DNA from: Orbicella franksi
Lineage: Eukaryota
Reading direction: 5' to 3'
Length of the DNA stretch: 64,000 bases
NCBI GenBank assembly: GCA_964199315.1
Contig: OZ116708.1
Location: 2,976,001-3,040,000, forward strand
This document shows positions 50,201 through 62,200 of this stretch, in pieces. Within the stretch, counting starts at the first letter, position 1, and each line of letters opens with the position of its first letter. A program made the position numbers and the translations under genes. The notes under the pieces were generated by a model. The model was not told where the DNA came from. It made no database searches and was given only the letters and a program-made list of their open reading frames with translations.

Positions 50201-53200
50201 AAGCATCGAGCAATTCTGTTAAGCAACGAGCGCATTGGAAGATTTTACAGTCTGAGGTTCTCTCCTTGGAGTACTTTTGTGTCAATAGCTCTCGAATCGT
50301 CGTTACAATTGGGTCACGGAGGTCGATAATGCGACGCAAATAAGGGTTAATTTTTGCTGTGTTTACAATTCCAATCACTCAATCCCAATTTGTTTACATT
50401 CTCGAAATCCCTGGAGAAGTGTGGTCGCCAGATATCTGTCACCTTGCGATTGTTTTTCCACCTTGACTAACAGGATCAGCGGGTATAACATGACGTGACA
50501 CAAAATCCATGTGACGTAAAGAATTGAAACAATTTTTCGAGTTCTTAACTTTGGGTCCTTATTTGGAACGACGGCGAAAGTTGTGTACAGTTACCTGTGA
50601 TGTGCGAATACTGCTATCCAGACGAACATTTTATGAGTAAATACCACGACTGTAAAATCAAGAAGTGCTGATTTTTTTAAAAGAAGAACTTCCTCAGTGC
50701 ATAGAAAACAGGGACAAAAATTCCACTTGTAAGCTTGGATTAAAACTCGTTAACGATAAGGATGAGGTCTCAGCTTTGCTTAAATTGTTCACCGTGGGAT
50801 CATGTTTGATTATGAAATAACACCGTTGCACTCAATCGCGCACATTCCAATGCCATGCTGCAACGAGATTGCAGAACAGTTGCAAGATAATGGCACGTTT
50901 CGTGAAGATTTTTCTACGTTTACTGCAATTCTCGTCTCTTTTTAGATGCGCAACAAGTTTCGCGTCTTACTTCCATTCTTGCAATATTAAAAACCTTGAG
51001 CAGGTGTTGCGTGACGAATAGAAGGCATGACTCGTGAGAGTTACTCAGTACTCTAGCAATAGAGATTGAAAGAAATTTGACATTTGTGTTTATTTTCAAA
51101 TCATAGTGGTGCATCAGGGGCCAATGTGTAAAGAAACGAAGACTGAAGCCTGTTGACGGCAACTGGGGGCCCTGGGGCCCGTACAATGCATGCACCAGGA
51201 AATGCGGTGGAGGTATTACATTCTCATACAGGAAATGCAACAATCCAATGTAAGTACCTTCATCACGCACTTCTTGTCACGCAATCCGATGTTCGTTCGG
51301 CAGGTCACCGAATATTTTCACTGCAAAAAAGGAAGATTGCGGGTTCACCTGAGTAAAAGTCAAATCAGTAAAACAAAATGGTATTTTGCTTTTAGTGGCG
51401 AAAGTACCTCCGATAATATTTTACACCACGGCAATGTAAAATGAAATTCATGCTTTCGCGAAGTCAAGTTAAAGCAGCTTCGTCACGGGTTATGCATCTT
51501 GACAAGTTAAGCCTAGAGTTGTTAAGTTCATCGTTTGTAATCCGTGTTAATCTTCTCCGTCCTCAACCATTCTTGGTCCTTTATTGTTTATTGTTATCTC
51601 TTTGGTTTTTTTTTTTTTTATCTTAGTAAACTATTATTTTCAGTTTTCCGTCAATTTAAAGGTAATTTTGTGCTTGCCTAAAACAGCTCAAAATACCGTG
51701 ACTGAGCTTCTTTAAATAGCCCCTCAGTAATTCCTGTATCACAAATGGTGGAAGACAATTTTTACTTGATTATTGGCCTTTGTTATCCTATTTACGCAGA
51801 CCAGAAAATGGAGGAAAATATTGTGTCGGTGAACGAAAACGATTCAAGTCCTGTAACAGTCAGGTAACAATAACCACTTAACGAGTAGCTTGCCACGTTG
51901 TGTTACCTTAACACTTCCATTCTTGAAACTTTTGTCACGCAATATTATAACTTCTAGTCATTGTGTTATAATTAATTTACCAGGAATGCCCCAAGGGTTC
52001 AGCAGATTTCCGGGCTTTACAGTGTGTTAATACGCATCCTCGAACCATAAGCTCTGGTTCTAAGAGCTACAGAGCGACCCAATGGTTGCCGAAATATGCT
52101 GGAGGTACGAAAGTCATTTAACAGTAATGAAATGTCTCTTTGATGCATTGTACAAAAGTATACTTGTAAATTTCGTTTTATCAAAGGAACCATAATGCAA
52201 GGCTTGTAGCCTACGAAAGGCACATCTTTAATCTAATCAGCGGATGCTTGCTTTGTCTAGTCTGCAAAGCCTCAGTTTTCATCAGAACTCCAAGGCGACC
52301 TTTTGGGATTTTGGGCTTTTTCAAGGCAGTTAAAGAATCAAGGAGGACTTATAGTTCAGACTCTACCGTTGATCATGACCTTGGTGTTGGTTTTTGAGCA
52401 TTTTATGGCTATTTATACCAGCGATTTGCTAACCGCCAGTTTGTGTTATTGTTGATGTACAGTTAGAAAAGAAAACCAGTGTAAACTCTACTGTCGCATG
52501 GCCGGGACTGCCATCTATTTCAAGTTAAGGGACAAGGTTATTGACGGGACTCCGTGTAACCAGGAGACTACAGACATCTGTGTGGACGGCAAATGTTTGG
52601 TAAGAGTCCAGTTTAACGGAGATGAAACACTCTGACACTCCTACCTGGCTTATCATCGGCGTAAAATCGAGAACGTTAAATCTGCTCACTAGAGGATCCA
52701 AGTGTACTTTGGTAGATTTGGTAAAACTATGCTACGAAGAATTTTAACACACCTTTTGAAGAAGTTTGCAGAATGTAACTTTTTTCAACTATATTTACTT
52801 TCTTTTTTAGAGGGGGGAGCGACAATTAGTCGTTGGGCGCAATAGAAATGCAATTATTATTTTATATTATATCAAAATATGCGTGAACACCCGGTTGTTT
52901 TTGTTTTTAGCCCGCTGGTTGTGACAGAGTCCTCAACTCAAAGAAGAAGGTTGATAAGTGTGGAGTATGCGACGGAGACAATTCATCCTGTAGGAGATTT
53001 ACCGGAACATTCAACGAGACAAGGTTTGGTAAGGTTTGCAAGCATGTTATCCGAATACCTAGCTTTGCGTTACGCTTTACGTTTAGAGTCTTTAGACCAC
53101 GACCAGTTCGATCCTATCTCCCTTAGTTAGTCGAGTGGGAAGCGAAACTTAAAGATCCGTGTTATACCAAGATTAAGAGGGGAAAAAACTAGCTACGCAA

Positions 53201-56200
53201 ATACTGATGGCTGGGGCTTATCTTGTCTCCAGTTATCTGCACCTTTTACTAATTTTGTTTTCGATTTTCACTCCGCAAGCTAATGTAGAAAAGAACTGCC
53301 TAATACGCTCCTGTTGTTTCAAACGGGTCATTTTAAAAGTTTCTTGCTGTTGTAAAACAAATTGCGCGTGTTACTGATTCACTTAAAATATTCTACGCGA
53401 ACTAACCCCCTTTAAGACCACTTTGTAGATCACAGAATCACGAAGAAGAGGAATCGAGTGTCTTGCCCAATAAAGTAAACTTATGACAGTGTCCTCGCTA
53501 GAAACTCCTTGATCAAATTGAATGTCGAGTGTGGAGGCGCAAACCGCAGTCAGATTTGTTTGGTGTTTTGGTGCGATGAAACAGATGACTAATTGTTTTA
53601 TTCTATGTTAACATTCACAGGGTACAACTATATATTCACAATTCCTGTCAACTCGACCGACATACTTATTACCCAGTATGGTTGGAAAAATCGCGAAGAC
53701 TCCAATTACTTAGGTTAGCATTTTTATCTGCACTTCAGTTGTTTATTTGTATAGTTTGCAAGGAGTTTGTTGACTTAAACCTACCTCATGTAAACGCTAA
53801 GCCATTTGAGAAGCCAGGTGTATAAATGGCAACCGGAGAATTTAATGCTCGGGGTAACGCTGCGATGGACTAGCATCCCATCCAGGGTGGAGTGGAGATA
53901 CCTCTAATTGCTTCATGCTACTGAAACCGGAAAAAAAGCGTCGGCGTAATGGGCCGCTTGGCTCCAACTCAGAATTTAATTAAAATACAAAATTAAAATA
54001 TTATTTATCTGGTATTGACATAGCTAAGATATCTTTCTTTTGTTTTACAATCAGCGCTTCAAAGTGACAGTGGCACTTTTCTCCTGAATGGTGGAATGAT
54101 CATCGGGATTGGAGTCAGAGAATTCAGGATGGACGGCGCTAAAGTCTGGTACTCAGGCTCGGACAAAGCTACTGAGCAAATCAAAATTGACGGGAAAATA
54201 AAGAAACCAATCAAAGTGCACGTGAGTAACCAATGCTACTTTTCTTGTTACCATAGTAACTCCGTAAAATGATAGTCATCCGATTTCCTGATACCCTCTT
54301 GCAAAGTGAATTTAGGAGAGATTAGGCACCATCTGACAGCGCTAAGTATTCTGTAACGCGCTGAGTAATTAATAACAAGATAATGCACAATTAATGTGTG
54401 CTGCAGTATTTCTTCAAAAATAAAATGAAGACGCCGTTGACTTCAGTACTAGAGAATTTTAAAGCCAGCTACTCTCGGATTTTCTAATTAGATTTCAGTT
54501 AATTTTAAGCTTTGGAGTTGTGACAAAGCGTTTGCAAAGTAACATTGATGATCAGGTTTTGCCTAATTCTGATTTGGCGCGATTTTGCGCGTGTCCTGCC
54601 TGGAGACAAGAAATCCATGCGCTCGTCAGCTTCTGTTTATGATCGTGTTGGCAACACTGAATGGCTCAATAACGGGCCGTTTGAACAGAAATGAAGAAGA
54701 CAGTATCTGTTTTTCAAGATGTCAGTATTTTCATCAATGTATATTCTACCGCAGGTCCTTGAAGTGGGAGAGGTTCGTCCCCCTAGTGTTCACTACGCCC
54801 TTAACCAAATGGTAGCAGAACCTACAAAGTTTGTCTATAAATGGGACCAGCTTGGACCATGGACTCAGTGCAGCAAGTTATGTCAAGGTACGACACAAAT
54901 TTGCACGTAACAAAATAAACCCAAATGGGGCATTTACACCAGGTTTCAAAATTTTCAGCTTTACACTAAATGAAACGACTTGCAACGTTTTTAGTCAGCG
55001 GAGTTCAGTAAAACGCCACACCAATTTTCAGCGTTGCGCAGTCTAGCATCGCTTGAATACCTTAGCTCGAAAAAATATATAAAGCCTCTCTGAATCGGCC
55101 GTGACAGAATTTTACGACAAATTGCAGCTAAAAATGATGTTACCCCCTTTTCTGTAAAGCTTTCAATTACTCCTGTTGTCTTACTTCAGGGCAAAGAAAA
55201 CGGCGACCAAGATGTGTCCGCGCTATTGACGGACAGCTCGTATCGAATTCACGCTGTGATCAGAGGACTCGGCCGAGTAGTGTGACGGAAGACTGTAACA
55301 TTAGCTGCCGCCTCAGGTTGGTAACGAAATCTATATGGTGGAGTTGTAACGTACATTAACACTTAATTGTATTGATTTCTTTTCATCATTTAAATGAAAT
55401 ATTTGACGCATTTAGTACCATTCATTGGCACATACCTTGCATTCTTGTCATGTCAGATGGCACAAGGAAGACCCGGGAAAATGTTCCGCACGTTGTGGGC
55501 CTGGGTACCAGAGTCGACCTGTACGGTGCATGCGCGTTACCAGCGACCGGTGGGACATTGTTCAAGATAAACATTGCCCAGGAGCCAAGCCTGCTGTGGT
55601 TGTTCCATGCAAGGGGACCTGTGAGGGAACCAGATGGGTGTACACTAAGTGGACACAGGTATTTTGACACACGTACCCGTGATATACCTACTTCAGTTTT
55701 ACTAATTGATAAAGATCATTAACTAATATATAACCGAAGAAATGGTTGTTTGCTTTATAATTTACAGTGTTCAAAAAGTTGTGATAAAGGAGAGCAGACT
55801 CGACAAGCCACCTGTGTGGACACCTTTGGAGAGAGCTTGATCGATCGAGACTGCCGACCAAAAGACAAGCAAACGCTGAGACGACAATGTAACAGCTTCA
55901 AGTGTCCGTGGTGGACAGAAGGAGACTGGAGCTCGGTAAGTCGAACATTCTCAAATATTCATTGTGTCTTAACTCTGTCTGTCTGTCTGTCTGTCCATCC
56001 GTCTATTTGTCTCTCTGTCTGTCTGTCTGTCTGTCGATCTCTCTATCTTTCTGCCTCTCGGTCTGTCAATCTATCTGTCCGTCCATCCGTCTATTTGTCT
56101 GTCTCAATGTAAGGCCGAAAAGGCTCTTAAAAGTGTCAAATAGTAGCTGCTTTACTAAACGTATATGAAATAAGCGAGCCACTCCATATTTGTCTGTCTG

Positions 56201-59200
56201 TCTGTCTCACTGTGTGTCTCTCTGTCTCTCTGTCTGTCTGTCTGCATGAAACAGTCAGTGTCTGTCTGGGAATTCTATGTCATACAATGCCCTTATAGTT
56301 TGATTCTAAAATATTCAGTATTTGAAAAAACGTAACACGGTGCTGGCGTCAGGGTCACTACAATGCTCTCTTGGGTAAGGCCTTTGTGTACGGCACACAA
56401 GCTGTCAGAGCGGCTACTGCTCTATGCATAATTAGTAGAATTCTACTAGTATAATACTGCAAATGCCGCAATCCGATTGGCTGAGCTACTCGTATACTAT
56501 CAGCCATTAGAATGCAGTAGCTGTCGGCCGTCAACGAAATGCGACGTTTTTATCGTTTTTCCGAAGTTTTGGAAGAAAGTTGAAATGTAAATGGACAATT
56601 GAATTCCTGAGAAGACTAAAAGAAGTACATAAACGGATTCTTGACTTTAAAAACTTGAAATTATTGAAAAACCGGTGCGCGCGCGTAAACAACAACTGCA
56701 AATTTACTAAGGACAATTCAATACGTGCGATTTTGTTAAAGTGTGAAGTTCAATAATGCGTCGACAAATACTTGGAAACCATTATTTGCGTTAATTTAAG
56801 TTAGAATTCTACTGAAACAATTAGATTATTCGCTCTCGATTTCTATGAGGCGATAGTTGATTCGGCCTTCGGCCTCATCAACTATCACCTCATAGAAATC
56901 TCGAGCTCATAATCTAATTGTTAATTAGTATTCCTTAAATATAAGAATTGTAATGCATTACTTATCTGCGTAAAAGGTTGCTAGTATACACAGGGGAAAT
57001 AATTAATACGGATGAGCGAGACATTCATTGTGTTCCTCTCCCAGTGCAGTGTGACGTGTGGCTCGGGACAGCAGACCCGTCAAGTGAAATGTACATCAGA
57101 GCAGGGAGTAGCTGTTGCACATAAAAAGTGTGACGCGAACAAAAAGCCACTCACAACAAAGTCATGTGACCTGAAGATTCCCTGTCCTTATTGGTTCGCA
57201 GGAAAATGGACAGACGTAAGTAAAGTGTCCTATATATTGTGCCTAAGATTTTGAACGAACTAGCCTGCAATGCATGTGTATTCTGGCGAGCGAGTGCATT
57301 TTGATTAAGCGAGCGCCATGTTGGATTCAAAATCCGAAGAGGGTGGGGGGAGACGAAAAGGCGTCTTAGGGAGAGGGAGCGATGCCGAAAGAAGAGTAAC
57401 GAGAGAGGGGAAGGGGAAGGAAAAATACGCCTGCCTGTAATCATTTAATTTGAGTTCATTGGGAAAACTGCACCGATAAAGCAGTTTTTCAACTGTTTTT
57501 GGTTCACCTGCTAATATCTCTTCGGCTGGATCAATCTATTGATGCAGGCTGTGACATTTACCTAATGCGCGAAGTTACGTGACATCTAGAAGTACGTCAC
57601 GCAAGTACGTACGGACCATGTAAAATCTGAGTTACTCTGTCTTTCGTCCCAGTGCTCCAAGACGTGCAGCACGGGACTCAAGACTAGGCAAGTTCTATGT
57701 CTGTCCGGGAGAGGACTGGTCGCCAGCGCCGTAGACGATGAGTTATGTTCCGCTGACACCAGACCAGTTTCCCGTAGAGAGTGCAAACTTCAAGTTTGCC
57801 CGGCGACGCTGTTCGAATTTTACGAGGAAAAGCCAAAGGAGTTTTATTGGAGAATCACAGTCTGGTCCCAAGTAAGATTCTATGCATTTGTCATTTAGTT
57901 TTTAGAACTGTTGCTGTGTCACTGACGCAGACAACAAGGCGCTCTGGTTATTTACTGCATGATCATTTTTGCGTCTTGCAGTGTTCTGTGACATGTGGAG
58001 AGAAGCCTGGAACACGGTACCGTAACGTCGAGTGCGTGAAGGTGAAGCCTGGGAAACAGGAAGTTACAGAAGAACAGGAAGTTGTTCGTGAACAATATTG
58101 CGAAAGCACTCCAAAACCTGCCGATACAGAGTTGTGCAAGGTCCTACCGTGCACGAGCTGGAAGCATGGGTCCTGGGGAAGAGTAAGTATTTAAGCCTCG
58201 GTTGATAAAAGTTTTTATACCTTGCCATAGAAAATGCAGCCAATCAGAATACAGAAGCGCCGTCGTATATTTGACGGTGTTGCACCTATCCTTTCCATCA
58301 TGCGCCGCGCGTATGTCGCATTGATTGTGTTTGCCACTGTATTTTCTATGGCATGGTATAAAAAATTATGCAATGCTCTCTCGTGGTATACCATGGAATA
58401 TCCCACTTTAGTATATACCACACAAGTGAATAGTGCTTTTCGCTCGCTCTGATTGGTTAACTCGGAGGTGATTACCAAGTACTATTCACCTCCGAGCAGC
58501 CAGCGCGAGAGATTTTAAAATTTTCGGCCGCTTGTCAAACATAAAATAACGTTTTGGTCCGCTAATTATTCAGCTTGTGTGGTATATACTAAAACAATTA
58601 TTCACCTCAGTGTCGGTGAAAGTGATAGATATTTACCTCCACTTCGATGAATAATTGTTAATTATTTCCTTGGCACACTCACTCATCTAAAGGCTCGTGG
58701 GTATACCGGAGGAAATACAAGCGACTCGTGGGATATTCCACGGTATACCACTCGAAAGAATTGTAAAACGAATATGTGTTTTGACCAGTCACTTACAACT
58801 TTTTATTTTATTGTGCCTTCCGTTACAGTGCTCTCAACGCTGTGGAGTAGGTTTTCAGCTCCGTGTGGTCAAGTGTGCCTACTCTAACTGGAAAATCACA
58901 AAAGACGAGAACTGTGACCCGAACAGCCGACCAAACAACAGAAGGTATTGTCAAATTAAACCTTGTAAGACAACGACTACAGCAAGCAACGGTAACCAAC
59001 TTCCGAGCACGACACGAGTAAGACCGACCACGACACCAGCTCCGACAACTCCCCGAGAAATACCGAGCTGGAAGGAAGGCAGTTGGAGTGAGGTAAAAAA
59101 GATTGTTTTTACCTCCTAATGGAACCAAATGTTGTAATGGTTAGGTGTATATACTATCGAAACGTAGTTGCCAAACTATTTATCGTCTTTCCTACTCATC

Positions 59201-62200
59201 TTCTTGCAAGGACGGATCCAGAATTTTTCAAGGGGGGGCTGGTACCTTGGGGTTGCAGAATCAATGGGGCGTGTTCCCAAAATGTTGCAATTTGAGAGTT
59301 GAAACTTAACTGAAAACCGTTTCACTAGAAATACTACCAATGTCACAAAGTAGAACTTACAATGAGGTACCTGTCTAGAGAGTTTGCCTTAATTTCTGTC
59401 ATGATATTGATGTTTTGGTTCTCCAAAAGGGTGATGGCTAGCCACCCAGTCCACATCCCCTCCCCCCTCCCCCTCCCCCCTTGAATATGCCCCTGACTTA
59501 CAACTAAGATATCAATCCACTCAATGCAAAGTACACTTCGGGAGCAAAACTCCCTTTCTGTGACTAATTTATTTTAGTTTATTCCTTTAAGTGCTCTGTT
59601 ACATGTGGCCTGGGTGAGAGGTATCGACAAGTACATTGCAGATTAAGTAACGGACAGAACAGTAGTGACTGCGATGTAAACAAGAGACCGTTGACCGTTA
59701 TGGCGTGCATTTTAAGAGATTGTCCTGTGTGGCATGAGGATTTCTGGAGTGAAGTAAGTTTCACGGACTGAGTTTTCGTCTGTCATCATTAAGGCACATG
59801 ATATCTTTACAGTAAGCTACCACTGGAGTCATTTAGAGTGTTGTCAAATGACGTCAAGGCAGCCATATTGGTGTCCGAAAACATCGAAACGGCGACCATG
59901 TTGGTGTGGCAAAACAATGCTGGTAGTTAAATTCTTTTCTTATGTAAACCCTTTCTTTTGTTCCAATAAATTTGCATGGCTACTGGTCACGTGAGTGAAA
60001 ACACTCTATTACCTGAAGCTGAAAATGTCCAAAAAATCAATGATTAATAGCCTCAGAAACGAAACGAGGCTCAGAGGAAATCACAGACAAATTGTATAGC
60101 AAGGTACCATGTGAAGTTATTGCTGATTAGCTGTATTCTCTTGGTTCTAGTGCTCAGTCTCTTGCGGAGAAGGTCAAAGGCGGAGAAGTGTCGACTGCCG
60201 ATTCGCAAATGGCCAGTCGAGTCCCGGATGTGACGAGAAACTCAAACCTGCAACTAGAGAAGCTTGTAACATCAGACCTTGTCCGTATTGGATGAAAGGA
60301 GACTGGGGCAAAGTATGTCGTCAATTTTAAACTCTTTCCTATGCAGGTTTAAATCGTTTAGAACCAAACACTAATGATATATGACGGACTGTTTTTTACA
60401 GTGTTCAGTGACTTGTGGCTCAGGAATTAAGATTCGTTCAGTGGAGTGCAGCGATAAAGATATAAGCTGTGACGCAGGAACGAAACCACCAACTTCAGAA
60501 CGATGTGAACTTAAAGAGTGTCCACGATGGATAACGAGCCCTTGGGAGGAGGTAAATGAGTTTACATGAAGAATAGACCAATTTCGGTATATTAAAATTC
60601 AGCCTAAAACAATAGACCTCAGTACGAGGCTCTGGGGAATAAACCCCACAAACTCTGTAGTTATTCCCCAGAGCCTCGCACTGAGGTCTATTGTTTTAGG
60701 CTGAGTTTTGATATATCGAAATTGGTCTATTTGGTGACTCAGACAATGCCGAATGGCTCCGACCGATTCCGAAAGTTGTCAAAGATTTTCCCGATGGTAA
60801 CTCGACGTCTGCGAGCATTTATAAACATTTTCGAAGGTTTTTCGAAGTCCCCTGATGAGTGCCAAAGATATTACGCAAAATGTCCCATAATCTAAATGAA
60901 AGCAATTGAAACCCGCCTTGTAGGAAACAAATAAACCACAAAACGTTTAGTTTTTAACTTTATTTAAATAGAAGTAAGCCTTAAAGTAATAGTTTTCTGT
61001 GGTTGAAACAAGAAACAAAAACTATAAACAAATCAGGAGCAAATAGGCTACGATTGAGACGGAATAAGAACAACAAACTTGACATCTCATCGCCAATTAA
61101 CATTTTGAACTTCATACACGCTTTTACACTATGAATTTTCATTTGCTGTCTGTAGTGCTCAGTTTCCTGTGGCGACGGTCAAAGACAGCGGACCGTTGAT
61201 TGCAAATCTACAGACGGGAAGTCAAGTCCCGGATGTGACGAGGGAAATAAACCTGCAAGTAAAGAGGACTGTAACATCAGACCGTGTCCTTATTGGATAA
61301 AGGGAGACTGGGGCAAAGTAAGAAGTACTCCAAAAAAAGTCAAATTTTAATTGTTTGTTTCGCATTTTAGTTCCTCTTTCTCTGGCCAAATGGCGAAATT
61401 ACAGTCCCATGAACTATGTCCATTCCATTTCATGAAATTAAGTTCCCGCGAAAATAAGTAACAATAAGGTACTTATAGTATTTTAATGATGGTTGTTTAT
61501 AGTGCTCCGTGACTTGTGGTTCAGGAATTAAAATTCGCTCAGTGGAATGCAGTGATAAGGACATAAGCTGTGACGCGTGGGCAAAACCTCCGACTACACG
61601 ACGATGTGATCTTGAAGCATGTCCAGAGTGGATAGCAAACCCATGGGAAGAGGTTAGCAATAACTTATATTCGATAGCCTGGTTGGATACATTTTAGAGA
61701 GAATTAAGTTAAGAGACTTCGTTTAAACAAAAACCATATAAACAAATTGGCTCCGATTGAGACGGAATAAGTCTTTTATTTACTTAGGGCTGGTACAGGA
61801 AATTACTCCTTAGCTCAAACATCAAGTGCCAAGATCATTGACCGGCATCTGAAGTTTATCTTATACCCTCCTCTTTGCAAAACTAATCTTATTGGTTAGT
61901 TACACCATGCTATAGTAAACACCCAAGATGGCTGGCTAAAACAGTTTTTATAGCTTCGCGCGTCTACATTTGACCGGCAAATGCAGTGGTAGCTTCCACA
62001 AATACTAAAATGCCTTCATTCAATGGTTTCAAGACACCCATGCACAGTTTGTGTGTGTTAATAATTTTTTTGTCATTCTCTGACCATATACCACACGCGT
62101 TATACATCGGGCATGTTACCTGTCTTTAGCAAGAATTTACCTCATGCTTAATCTTTTTTGTTTGTGCTACAATCAAACATTTAAATGCTTTTTATTCATA

